64,000 nucleotides of DNA from contig NC_086100.1 of NCBI RefSeq assembly GCF_963921235.1, positions 198,774,001-198,838,000 on the forward strand, given 5' to 3'. Under the pieces are notes generated by a model that did not search any database, had not been told where the DNA came from, and saw only the letters and a list, made by a program, of their open reading frames with translations. This document shows positions 37,373 through 50,096 of the stretch, in pieces (the stretch's first letter is position 1; the number at the start of each line of letters is the position of its first letter). The translations under genes and the position numbers were made by a program. The DNA comes from Mobula hypostoma (taxonomy: Eukaryota).

Positions 37373-39183
37373 GACTGTTTATTGTTCAGACTCCGATCTA
37401 AGGTTGACAATGCACAGCGTGGAGGGAAGCTGCAAACCCACCTTCCAGTCACACCCACTGTGTCTTAGAAATAGAACAGTACAGGCCTTTCAGCTCACAA
37501 TGTTGTGCCAGCCCTTTAAGATCAATCTGACACTTCCCATCCACAGAATATTCTATTTTTTCTGTCTCCCATATGTCTTTTTAAGGGTTTCTCAAATGCC
37601 ACAAATGTATCTGCCTCTACCACCACCCCTGGCAGTATGTTCTACACACCCACCACTCTCAACTCTAAAATCTACCTCTGACATCTCCCCACCCATACCT
37701 CATCTTTAAAATGATGCCCCCTAGTGTTAGCCATTTCCACCCTGGGATAGCCTCTGGCTGTCCACTCGATCTGTCTCTCTTATCTTGTAAAACTTCATCA
37801 TGTCACCTCTTATCCTCATTCACTCCAAGGAGAAAAGCCCCAACTCACTCAACGTATCCTCATAAGACAAGCTCGCTAATCTAGGCAGTATCCTGGTAAA
37901 TCTCCTCAGCACCCTCTCTAAAGCTTCCACATCCTTCCTATAATGAGGTGACCAGAACTGGGCACTATATTCCAAGTGTGGTCTAACCAGTGTTTTATAG
38001 AGTTCAAACGTTACTTCACAGTTCTTGAACTCAATCTCCCAACTACTGAAGGCCAACGCAGCACATGCTGTCAATATGCAAAGCCACTTTGAGATTCTTT
38101 GGACGTGGACCCTGGGATCCCTCTGTTCTTCCACAATGCTAATTTCCACACGTTGAAATATATCTCTGCTCCTTCAGCATCACTGAGTCGAAGCACCTTT
38201 ATCTGCAGTGGTTCAAGAAGGAGCTTCACCCCACCTCCTCAAGGGGCAGTTCAGGGTGGGCAATAAATGCTGGTATTGCTGAGAGAGCAAGTAAAAAGAT
38301 GATGTCAGTGCAAAACCTGTAACGTCATGAATGGCACCCACCCTGCTCATGGACTGTTTGTCCCATTCCCACCAGGGAAGAGGCTACGTAGCATCCACGC
38401 CAGGACGACCACTCTCAAAAACCCGAGGAAAAAGATTCTGTCTGTCTACTCTATCTCTGTCTCTCATAATCTTACAAACCTCTATCAGATCTCTCCTCAG
38501 CCTCTGTTGCTGCAAAGAAAACAACCCAAGTTTTCCCAACCTCTTGCTGTAGCACATGCCCTCTAAACCAGGCAGCATCCTGGTAAATCTCTTCTGCACC
38601 CTCTCCAAAGGCTCGACATCCTTCCTCTAATGGGGCCCCCAGAACTGAATGCTGTACTCCAGACGCAGCCTAACTGGAGCTTTAGAAAGCTGCAACATAA
38701 CTTCTTGAATTTTGAACAATCCCTCCACTAATAAATCTTATGGCAATGTATGAGGAGCATAGATAGAATGTCGTTTTGCCAAGGTCAAGGTATCAGGAAC
38801 TGAAGGGCATTGGCTTTGGGTGAGAGGGGAGAGATTTAATCGGGACCTGCGAAGCAAATTTTCAGCCAGAGGTTAGCTAGAGGATACAAGCTGTGAGTGG
38901 AATGGTTAAGGCAGGTAACAACATTTGAAAGGCTGGGAAATGCTTAGAGGGATATGGGCCAACACAGACAAAAGGGACGAACTCAGATGGATGGGTGGGG
39001 CCAAAGCCTGTTTCTGTGCTGTCTGACCCTGTGACTCTCCCCTCCCACAGACCAGCAACTCACGGACGGGAGCTGAGCTCAAAACGTGACGGGCACAGGC
39101 CACCGCCTCTATCAACTGCTCACCGCTGTTGGGACGGGGAGATCCGCAGCCCCTGGTCAGTGTACCGGCCGGCGTGTGTGGAG

Positions 39184-39342
39184 ATGAAGCCCCGGTGGGA
39201 TTGGCTGCTGCCTCTGTGCCTGTGGCTGGCTCTACTGCCTCTCAGCAAGGCTGAGAAGGTTTACCACAGCCGGGACCACTCTGACATCCAGGAGAGAGCG
39301 TGGACCAGGGCCCGGCCTGTCCTCACCGTCAGGTCTGCCCAG
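39184..39342 (+). CDS. MMP21: MMP21-like exon 1 (signal peptide and start of propeptide)
   Basis: ATG at 39184. MKPRWDWLLPLCLWLALLPLSKA is a hydrophobic signal peptide, followed by EKVYHSRDHSD (the MMP21 HSRDxSD motif). Donor CAG|gtaggt at 39343, phase 0. Confidence 0.88.
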
Positions 39343-39454
39343 GTAGGTCCGAGGGTCATGGGACCATGGGGTCATCACAGGGTCACTGAGAGGTCATGTA
39401 GTGTCACAGAATGGTTGTATGGTGTCATCGCTTGCTCGTGGAATCATCGCATGA

Positions 39455-40582
39455 CACCCCCATTAACATTCCCGTTAACCTACACCCCTCCCCACCCCCA
39501 TTAACGTTCCCTTTAACCTACACTCCTCCCCACCCCCATTAATGTTCCCTTTCACCTGCACCCCTCCCCGTCCACATTAACGTTCCCTTTAACCTACACC
39601 CCTCCCCACCCCCATTAACATTCCCTTTAACCTACACCCTTCCCCACCCCCATTAACATTCCCGTTAACCTACACCCCTCTTCACCCCCATTAACGTTCC
39701 CTTTAACCTACACCCCTCCCCACCCCCATTAATGTTCCCTTTAACCTACACCCCTCCCCACCCCCATTAACATTCCCTTTAACCTACACACCTCCCCGTC
39801 CACATTAACGTTCCCTTTGACCTACACCCCTCCCCACCCCCATTAACGTTCCCTTTCACCTGCACCCCTCCCCACCCCCATTACCGTTCCCTTTAACCTA
39901 CACCCCTCCCCACCCCCATTAACGTTCCCTTTCACCTGCACCCCTCCCCACCCCCATTAACGTTCCCTTTAACCTACACCCCTCCCCGTCCACATTAACG
40001 TTCCCTTTAACCTACACCCCTCCCCACCCCCATTAACATTCCCTTTAACCTACACCCTTCCCCACCCCCATTAACATTCCCGTTAACCTACACCCCTCTT
40101 CACCCCCATTAACGTTCCCTTTAACCTACACCCCTCCCCGTCCACATTAACGTTCCCTTTAACCTACACCCCTCCCCACCCCCATTAACATTCCCTTTAA
40201 CCTACACCCTTCCCCACCCCCATTAACATTCCCGTTAACCTACACCCCTCTTCACCCCCATTAACGTTCCCTTTAACCTACACCCCTCCCACCCCCATTA
40301 ACGTTCCCTTTAACCTACACCCCTCCCACCCCCATTAATGTTCCCTTTAACCTACACCCCTCTTCACCCCCATTAACGTTCCCTTTAACCTACACCCCTC
40401 CCCACCCCCATTAACATTCTCGTTAACCTACACCCCTCTTCACCCCCATTAACGTTCCCTTTAACCTACACCTGTCCCCACCCCCATTAACGTTCCCTTT
40501 AACCCACACCCCTCCCCACCCCCATTAACGTTCCCTTTAACCTACACCCCTCCCCACCCCCATTAATGTTCCCTTTAACCTA
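39455..40582 (+). repeat. 38-bp C-rich minisatellite in MMP21-like intron 1 (about 30 copies)
   Basis: Unit CCCCATTAACGTTCCCTTTAACCTACACCCCTCCCCAC; period 38 (for example TTAA at 39501 and 39539). Confidence 0.95.
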
Positions 40583-41759
40583 TTAGAGTCACACAGTTAT
40601 AGAGTATGGAGACCGACCCTTCAACCCAACTTGGCCAAGGTAACCAAGTTGACCTGGTCCTGCCTCCAGCACTTGACCCAGTTCTCCCTAAACCTTTCCC
40701 ACCTGTCTACCGGTCCAAGTGCTTTTTAAATACCCAGCTCAACCACGTCCTCTGTGCCCCTCAGGACCAGTTTAAATATTTCCCCTCTCACTTTAAACTT
40801 GTGCCCTTTGGTTTTAGACTCCCCTATCCCGGGGAAAAGACTGTGACCAACCCCCTTTATCCATGACATACAGATTCAGATGAGTTTATTGTCACATACA
40901 CCCAGGAGCAATAAAATTCCTTGTTCACATGAAACACAAAGACTAATAAAAATATGGACCACTTCATGAACACAGGAGATTCTGCAGATACCGGAACTCC
41001 AGAGTAACACACACAATATGCTGGAGGAACTCAGCAGGTCAGGCAGCATCTATGGAGAGGAATAAACAGTCGATGTTACGGCTGATGAAGGGTCGCAGCC
41101 TGTAACATCGACTGTTTATTCATTTTCATAGATGGAATACTTCAAGGTTTGCGGGCGACTTCTGCAAGGTCACCCTAGTTTCCAGTGCTGAAGGGAAAAG
41201 GCCCCTCTGTATCCTGATAACTCCAGCCCTGGAAACATCTTCCACACCGTCCCAAGTTTAATCACATCTTTCCTGTAGCTGAGTGACCGGACTGCAGTAG
41301 TAATCACAGTGCGGTATCACCATTGTATTGTACAACAGTAATATGACGTCTTATCAGGTTCTTATGTTTTTAACCCAAGGTTCTTTTGGAAGTCAGGAAA
41401 GAGGCACAAAGCTTGTTGCTTCACAATCGTTATATTCAGTGCTAACAGAACAAGAAAGCTGAAAGTGGAAACCAATAGAGGTCTAGTGAGTGAAGAAATA
41501 GAGAGGCAAAAGAAAGACAAAAGATGGCACAGCCTTATGGTCAGCTCTTTGTTAGACACATAGATAAGAAAAATTACATTTTTACAGTTGGCAGTTAAGA
41601 GTCAACCAATCGGAAAGACACTATTCAAATAATGCCCCACTAGAGAAGATCCAGAGCTTTCCAGAACCGTACAAAACAACACTAAACAATTGTACATACA
41701 TACTGTGACCACTAGGAAACATACTAAACTATTACGTACATATGAACAGTTGTGATAGA

Positions 41760-43945
41760 ATTCATTCTGCAATTTGAGTGGGAGAAGCATAAGTCAGATG
41801 TATCAGTATCACTATGGAATAAAGGGAATTACAGAGGCACGAGAGGAGAGTTTGACCAGGTGGGTTGGAGGAGGATACTAGTGGGGATGACGGTTGAGCT
41901 GAGGTAGCTGGGGTTTCTGGAAATAGTTCACAAGTCACAGGATAGATATGTCCCACAGAAGAAGTTCTCAAATGGCCAGACTAGGCAACTGTGGCTGACA
42001 AAGGAAGTTAAGGACTGCATAAAATCCAAGGGAAGGGCATATAAGGTAGCAAAAGTGAGTGGGAAGCTCCTAAAATCCACCAAAATGGAACTAAAAAGGC
42101 TATAAGGGAAAAGATTAACCATGCATGCAAACTAGCCAATAATATAAAGCAGGATACGAGAAGTTTTTTCAGTTAAGGGGGAGTTGATATTGGACCACCG
42201 GAAAATGATGCTGCTGAAGTAGTAATGGGGGACAAAGTATTGGCAGATGAACTTAATGGGTACTTTGCATCTGTCTTCACTGTGGAAGACACTAGCAGTG
42301 TGCCAGAGGTCCGTGAGTGTCAGGGAGCAGGAGTGAGTGCCATTGCTATTACAAAGGAAAAAGTGCCAGGCAAACTCAAAGATCTCAATGTGGATAAGGC
42401 AGCTGGACCAGGTGGACTAGATCCCAGTGTCCTGAGAGAGGTTGTGGAAGAGATAACGGATGCATTGATCATGATGCTTCAAGAATCATTTGATTCTGGC
42501 ATAGTCCTGGAGGACTAGAGGATTGCGAATATCACTCCGCTCTTTAGGAAGGTAGGAAGGCAAAAGAAAGGAAATTATTGTCCAGCTAGCCTAACCTCAG
42601 TGATTGGGAAAGTGTTGGAATCTATTATTAAGGATGAGATTTCAAGGTACCTGAAGACCAATGATAAAATAAGTCAAAGTCAGCATAGTTTCTGTGACGA
42701 GAAATCTTGCCTGACAAAACTGTTAAGAGTAGGGTGGACAGGGGAGAGGCAGTAGATGTCATTTACTTGGATTTTCAGAAGGTGTTCGTAAGGTGCCACA
42801 CATGAGGCTGCTTAACAAGATAAAATCCTGTGGTGTTACAGGAAAGGTACTGGTGTGGATAGAGGAATGGCTGACAGGCAGGAGGCAGTGAGTGGGAATA
42901 AAAGGGGGCCCTTTCTGGTTGGCTGCCAGTGACTAGTGGTGTTCCACAGGGGTCAGTATTGGGGTCTCTACTTTTCACATTGTTTGTCAGTGATTCAGAT
43001 AATGGAATTGGTGGATTTGTGGTAAAGTTTGCGGATAATACGAAAATAGGTGGAGGGGTAGGTAGTGCTGAGGAAGCAATACGACTGCAGCAGGACTTTG
43101 ACAAATTGGAAGAATGGGCAAAAAGTGTCAGAATACAGTGTTCGGTAATGTATGTTAATGCATTTTGGTAAAAGGAACAATAGTGCAGACTATTATCTAA
43201 GTGGTGAGAAGGTTCAAACATCAGAGGTGCAGAGGGACTTCGGAGCTGCTGTGCAAGACTCCCAGAAGTTTAATTTACAGGTTGAGTCTGTGGTAAAGAA
43301 TGCAATGTTGGCATTTATTTCAAAGGGAATAGAATATAAAAGCAAGGAGATAATGCTGAGGCTTTATAAGACACTAGTTAGGCTGCACTTGGAGTATTGT
43401 CAATGGTTTTGGGCCCCGTATCTCAGAAAGAATGTGTTGTCATTGGAGAGAGTCCAGAGGAGGTTCATGAGGATGATTCCAGGAATGAAGGGGTTAACGT
43501 ATGAGGAGCATTTGACAGCTTTGGGCCTGTACTCACTGGAATTTAGAAGAATATGGGGGGGGGGGGAACTCATTGAAACCTACCAAATGTTGAAAAGACT
43601 AGATAGGGTGGATGTGGAGAGGATGTTTCCTATGGTGGGGGTATCTAGAACTAGAGGGCATAGACTCAAAATTGAGGGGGTGACCTTTCAGAACAGAGGT
43701 GAGGATTTTTTTTGCCAGAGAGTAGTGAATCTCTGTGATACTCTGCCACAGAATGCTGTGGAGACCAAGTCCGTGGGTATACTTAAAGCGGAATTTGATC
43801 ATTTCCTGATTGGTCAGACCATGAAAGGAAGTGATGAGAAGGCAGGTGTATGAGGTTGACTGGGATCCGGGACCGCCCATGACGCAATGGCGGAACAGAC
43901 TCGATGGGCTGAATGGCCTAATTCTGCTCCTCTGTCTTATAAGCA
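41760..43945 (+). mobile_element. CR1 LINE ORF2, decayed, in MMP21-like intron 1
   Basis: LNGYFASVFTVED, SGVPQGSVLG..KFADNTK, and a 233-aa ORF 43152..43853 with LYKTLVR.HLEYC. Confidence 0.87.
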
Positions 43946-44604
43946 TATGGTTATATAAAATACAAGAATTAAACAATTCAACTCTATCCCCATACTCCCA
44001 ACAACTCCCCCAGATTCTGCCCCTTACCTGCACATGGGGGGGTGCACAGTTCACAGTTCACAGTGGTAGTGAACCCCCCCAAGACTCGTATCCTTGGGAT
44101 GTGGGAGGAAACCAGTGCGACAGGAGGAAACCCACATGGTCACAGGGAGAACGTGCAGACTCCACAGAGACAGTACCTCAAGAATTGGAATAACCTTGTT
44201 CACTTTATCCCCGAGTAAGCACTAGCCTTGGGATTTGGTTCGAACATAGACCAGTACAGCATGGAACGGGCCCTTCAGCCCAAAATGTGCCAAACCTAAT
44301 AAATTAGTAATCAAACAGCCAGCTAGTTTCTTCTGTCTACACGATGTCCATATCCTTCCACTTTCCTCACATTCATGGTTCCATCTAAACATCTTTTAAA
44401 AGTCCCTCATGTATCTGCCTCTATCACCACCCCAGGCAGCACATTCCAGGCACCCACCACTCTCTGTGTAAAAAACTTGCCCCTCACATCTCCTTTGAAA
44501 TTGCCCCCTCTCACCTTAATGGATGCCCTCTGGTATGACAACTCCACCCTGCAAAAAAGATATTGTTTGTCTACTCTGCCTATGCATCTCATAAACTTAT
44601 AAAT

Positions 44605-45190
44605 GTTATGCAGTATTTAAAGTGGATCTTTATTGTGTGCAGTTTTGGGCTCCTTATTTTAGAAAGGATATATTGTACTGACATTGGAGAGGGTTCAGGG
44701 AAGGTTCACGAGACTGATTCCAGGAATGAAAGGGTTACTGTATGAGGAACATCTGGCAGCTCTTGGGCTGTGTGCCCTGGAGTTCAGGAGAATGATGGAG
44801 GATCTCATAGAAACATTCAGAATGTTAAAAGGCCTGAACAGATTAAATATGGCAAAGTTATTTCCCATGGTAGGGGAGGCTAGGACAAGAGGGCACGACT
44901 TCAGGATTGAAGGACGTCCATTTAGAACAGAGATGTGGAGAAATTACTTTAGTCAGAGGGTGGTAAATCTGCGGAATTTGTTGCTACGAGCAGCTGTGGA
45001 GGCCAAATCACTGGGGGTATTTAAGGCAGAGATAGATAGGTTCTTGATTAGCCAGGGCATCAAAGGGTATGGGGAGAAGGCAGGGGAGTGGGGATGACTG
45101 GAAGAATTGGATCAGCCAATGATTGAATGGTGTAGCAGACGCAATGGGCCGAATGGCCTACTTCTGCTCCTATATCTTACAGTCTTAGGG
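44605..45190 (+). mobile_element. CR1 LINE 3' fragment
   Basis: ORF 44684..45097 ERVQGRFTRLIPGMKGL..SQRVVNL; CR1 3' end. Confidence 0.85.
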
Positions 45191-45324
45191 ATATACCTTT
45201 GTAAGTGTTGGGACTGGTTTGGATCTGAGTCAAGGGAGGCTGGCTCTCATGAGTAGGTGGGATAGACTCAATGGGCTGATTGGTCTCTGTGTGACAGGGC
45301 TCTCTTTCTGGGCCGGTTTTCTAG

Positions 45325-46498
45325 GAGTACCTGGACAAGTACGGCTGGACAGAGCCAGTGAACTGGGAGGACCTGGCCTACCAAGGGGTGTCGGCGCCAG
45401 TGTACAGTGCCCTGGAGATCCCCAGGCCCGCGCTCAACGGCCACCACAGCCGCAGGAACCTCCCAGAGCCGGAGGATGAGCAGCAGATGCCGGCTGAGTA
45501 CACCAGCGCCCTGCTCAGGTTCCAGAGGGCCAATGGGCTGCCCACTTCCGGGCTCCTCGATCAGGCCACCATGGAGGCCATGAACATGCCCCGCTGCGGA
45601 GTGCCAGACCACAAGGCCCACGATGATGGCATGCACATCCTGAACGCCACCCGCTACAGACCACCCATTGACTCCAACGTCACCTCCACCAACACCATCA
45701 GCCCACCGAGCCGCAGCAATGCCCCCCATTACAGGACCCGGCGCCATGTCCCGGCTCGACCCACCAAAACCGCCCAACACAGCCTCCAGTCCACTAGAAC
45801 CTGCCAAAACCAGCCCCACCAATCACAGAACAGTGGTCTGGAACAGCTCAACCAATGGGTGGCCAGCAGCTTGGGCAATCTAAGCCAATCAGAGAAAAGC
45901 ATGCGAAGACGAACTAACCAATCAGAGAACGAAGATCAGGGTGGGCTCAACCAACAGTTGACCAGCAGACAAGTAAAGCAGTCCAAGAACAGCAACAAAG
46001 GTTGGCTTAATCAATGGTTGACCAACAGTCGAGTTCAACTAATCCAATCAGAACATAGCATGCAAAACCAATCCAACCAATCGGTGACCACCAGCCAAGA
46101 ACAAGTCAACCAATCAGGGAGCTCTGGCCGAAGCCAAACCAACCAATCGAGGGTGGGCAGTCGAGGTGTCGGGACAAGATGGCTGGCCAGAGGGGAAGAA
46201 GCAGAGCCGGACCCTGGGGCCGGGAGGCGCACAATGCGCTGGCTGGTGGAACAGATGCGGAGGAGGCGGGCAGCCTCAGACCTCATGGACAACACCTTCC
46301 CCCAGCTGGCCTTCACCAAGTCCCGGCTGAGGTGGCGCATCCTGGACGAGGGTTACAGCTCACAACTGACCATCGATGACCAGAAAATGATCCTGCGTCT
46401 CGCTTTCCGCATGTGGAGCGAGGTCACACCACTGATCTTCATCGAGGACCTCACCTCGCCGGCCTCCGAGATCGACATCAAGCTGGGATTCGGCACGA
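45325..46498 (+). CDS. MMP21: MMP21-like exon 2 (propeptide with cysteine switch, long repeat insert, furin sites, start of catalytic domain)
   Basis: Acceptor ttttctag. EYLDKYGW...[30 protein letters not shown] (cysteine switch, 45589-45609), RTRR, RRRR, then [12 protein letters not shown]...DIKLGFG. Donor A|gtgagg at 46499, phase 1. Open for 1174 nt. Confidence 0.92.
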
Positions 46499-46569
46499 GT
46501 GAGGGACAAACACAGTCACATCAAACACGTATCTCCCGGGGCAGGCTCTAGGGAACGGTTCACATCCAA

Positions 46570-47667
46570 TTCAGACACTGAAAGAAGCTCCCTCTACACC
46601 ATCTGAGCATACACTGCCAGAGCAGACACAGAGTGAAGCTCCCTCTACACTATCCCATCACATAGTCCTGGGGTCAGACACAGAGTGAAGCTCCCTCTAC
46701 ACCATCCCAACACACACTCTCAGGATCAGACACAGAGTGAAGCTCCCTCTACACCATCCCATCACACACTCTCAGGGTCAGACACAGAGTGAAGCTCCCT
46801 CTACACCATCCCATCACATAGTCCTGGGGTCAGAAACAGAGTGAAGCTCCCTCTACACCATCCCATCACATACACTGCCAGAGCAGACACAGAGTGAAGC
46901 TCCCTCTACACCATCTGAGCATACACTGCCAGAGCAGACACAGAGTGAAGCTCCCTCTACACCATCCCATCACATAGTCCTGGGGTCAGAAACAGAGTGA
47001 AGCTCCCTCTACACCATCCCAACACACACTCTCAGGATCAGACACAGAGTGAAGCACCCTCCACACCATCCAATCACACACTCCCGTGGTTAGACATTCA
47101 TTGAAGTTCCCTCTATACTGTCAGAAACAAAGTGAAGCTCGCTCTACACCAATCCATCATTCACCCCAGAGTCAGACATACACTGAAATTCCCTGTAAAC
47201 TGTCCTATCACATGTTCCCAGGGTCAGACACAGGGTGAAACTCCCTCCACACCGTCCTATCACACATTCCTGGGGTCAGACACAGGGTGAAGCTCCCTCC
47301 ACACCGTCCCATCACACATTCCCAGGGGTCAGACACAGAGTGAAGCTCCCTCCACACTGTCCCATCACACACTTCTGGGGTGAGACACAGAGTGAAGCTC
47401 CCTCCACACTGTCCCATCACACACTTCTGGGGTGAGACACAGACTGAAGCTTCCTCCACGTTGTCCCATCATACACTCCCGGGGTGAGATACAAAGTGAA
47501 GCTTCCTTGATCCCATCCCATCACACACTCCCACGGTCAGACACAGAGTGAAGCTCCCTCCACACTATCCCATCACACACTCCCGGGGGCAGACACAGAG
47601 TGAAGCTCCCTCCATACTGTCCCATCACACACTCCCGGGGTCAGACACAGAGTGAAGCTCCCTCCAA
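46570..47667 (-). repeat. 52-bp minisatellite array in inverted orientation, MMP21-like intron 2
   Basis: Units CAGACACAGAGTGAAGCTCCCTC(T/C)ACAC..TCCCATCACAC, the reverse complement of the 62679-63700 unit. Confidence 0.92.
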
Positions 47668-47960
47668 ACTGCCCAATTTTTGGTGGGTAATTTCAGGATC
47701 TAATTTATGGGATCTATTTGAAGTGCTTTGTGATGAAGTTCATCTGATGGTGAGCGAGGGACATGTGGCCAAGGGAAATCTGGATTAGTGAAGGTAAGAA
47801 GGGGAGAAGGAGTGGGGATGAGTCAGGGATACCAGGGTTTGGTGAGGGGAGGTGCAGATCGATGAGGGAGTGGTGATGGGAGCAACAAGGGACCTCATGT
47901 GCAGGGTGCTGGTGAGGGTGGCCTCTTCCAGAAGCTGACTGGTTCTTTCCAATCATACAG

Positions 47961-48100
47961 AGAGGCACTTGGGCTGCTCGCAGGTGTTTGATGGGACAGG
48001 GCAGGAGTACGCTCACGCCTGGCGCCTGGGGGACGTGCACTTCGACGACGATGAGCATTTTGTCAAACCGTCGAGCAACGAGGGGATCAGCCTTCTGACG
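47961..48100 (+). CDS. MMP21: MMP21-like exon 3 (catalytic domain)
   Basis: Acceptor atcatacag. (K)[33 protein letters not shown]...GISLLT. Donor gtgatt at 48101, phase 0. Confidence 0.93.
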
Positions 48101-48339
48101 GTGATTGCCCAAATCTCACCCATCCTCTCTCCACAAACTCACCCAAGACCACCCAACACTCACTCTCGCTCTCTCCATAAACCCACCCATCCTCCTGGGT
48201 CACTCTCTCAAGATAACAGGTGACTTAATTTCACTAGTTCTATCGGTCACTGCTTCCTGCTTGTTTCCTGGTTCACTTCCCAGTGATATTTCCAGTTTTT
48301 GAAACAATTCATCGGTCACTGCCTGTGACATTGACATTA

Positions 48340-48715
48340 TTTGACCATCAGTGAATCTATGCCAATCAACAGTGACACTGGGTTGACAATCAGTGACTTT
48401 AGGCTGACCATCAGTGACCATAGACTGACCATCAGTGACCTTAGATTTACCACCAGGGACCATAGACAGACCATCACTGATCATAGGCTAATCATGCTGA
48501 CAATCAGTGACAGATTTACCATCAGTGACAACAGACTGACCATCACTGACCTTAGGCTGATTATCACTGACCATTTGTGATCCTAGACAAACCATCATTG
48601 ACCTTAGTCTAATCATCTTGACCATCAGGGACCCTAGACTGACCAAGAGTAACCCCAGACAGACCATCAGTGACCTTAGGCTAATCATCCTGACCATCAG
48701 GGACCCTAGGCTCAG
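48340..48715 (+). repeat. Degenerate ~21-bp tandem repeat, intron 3
   Basis: Recurring GACCATCAGTGACC(T/A)TAG(G/A)CT. Confidence 0.8.
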
Positions 48716-50096
48716 ATTGTGAACACATAACTAAACACCTCACTAAGCCTCAGGCTATTACTTGAATCACTGGGAAGTTGGCATTAAAGAACCGTATGAA
48801 GTAAGGCCATTTGGTCCATCAAGCCTGTGCTGGCCCCTTGAGAGCACTCCCCCATCAATCTGTACTCACCCTTGCATACAGTTTCCCCTGGAGTGGACAA
48901 TGCTGTGTGTGTGGTCACTGATACAGCAGCTAACACAGGAATGGTCAGCCATGCAGACGCACCAGGCTGTTTGTGCTCAAGACATCACCTGGTGAAAGGG
49001 CCAACATGGAGAGACATATGTCTGTATGGAGCACACCAGCCTGGACAGGAAGGCATGAGAGGGAGAGCAGGTGTTGCAGGGATAGGAGGGTCTCCCGGCC
49101 CAGGCACAGTCTATTGACTGTATTCCACACATCCCCTGTCTCATGGAGCACCTCTATCCAAATCCCACTACACCGAGTCAAATCTCAAATAACAAAGAGT
49201 CAGAGTACAGGAAGGAGATCTGGTGACATGGTGTCATGACAACAACCTTTCTTTCAATGTCACCAAATCAGAAGAGCTGGTCGTTGGCTTCAGGAAGGGT
49301 GGCGGTGTGCGTACCTCTCTATTTATAACTGGTGTTAGGTCAAGGTCAAGAGCTGCAAGTTCTAGGTGCCTGTCTTAACCCCAAACTTAATCCTGTTCTG
49401 GTCCAAACACGTAGACACCATGGCCAAGAAAGCTCACAAATGCCTCTACTTCCTCATGGGGCAAAGAGATTTGAAATGTCCTCGGTGACCCTGACCAATT
49501 TACACTGATACATCGTAGAAAGCATCCTATCTGGCGTGGAAATCACTCTGCCCATGATTGCAAGAAACTGCAGAGGGTTGTGGACCCAGCTCAGCACATC
49601 ACAGAAAACATTCTACGTCTCATGGTCTCCCCTCCATGGACTCAATAGACCTCCTGCTGCCTCAGAAATGTAGCCAGCATAATCAAAGACCACTCCCACC
49701 TTGGACAGTCTCTCTTCTCTCCTTCCATCAGGCCAAAATACAAAACCCTGACAGTACATACCACCAGATCAAGGACCGCTTCTATCCCACTGTTATAAGA
49801 CTACTGAATGGTCCCCATTAAGATAATATGGACTCTTAGCCTCTAAAACTACCTTCCGATTATAAGACTATTGAATGGCCCCCTAGTATGGTAAAGATCA
49901 CTCAATCGACTTTCAAGCAGCCTTGCAACTTATTGCCTGCCTGCATTGCACTTTCTCTGTAACTCTCTGCACCGTTTCTTCCTTTCCGTGATGAATGTAT
50001 GGAAAGATCTGCCTGGATGACGTGGAAGGAAATGTTTCTTCTCGGAACGTGAGAACAATGAACCAATTCCCCATTTCATTTGCCTTCCCTTCAAAG

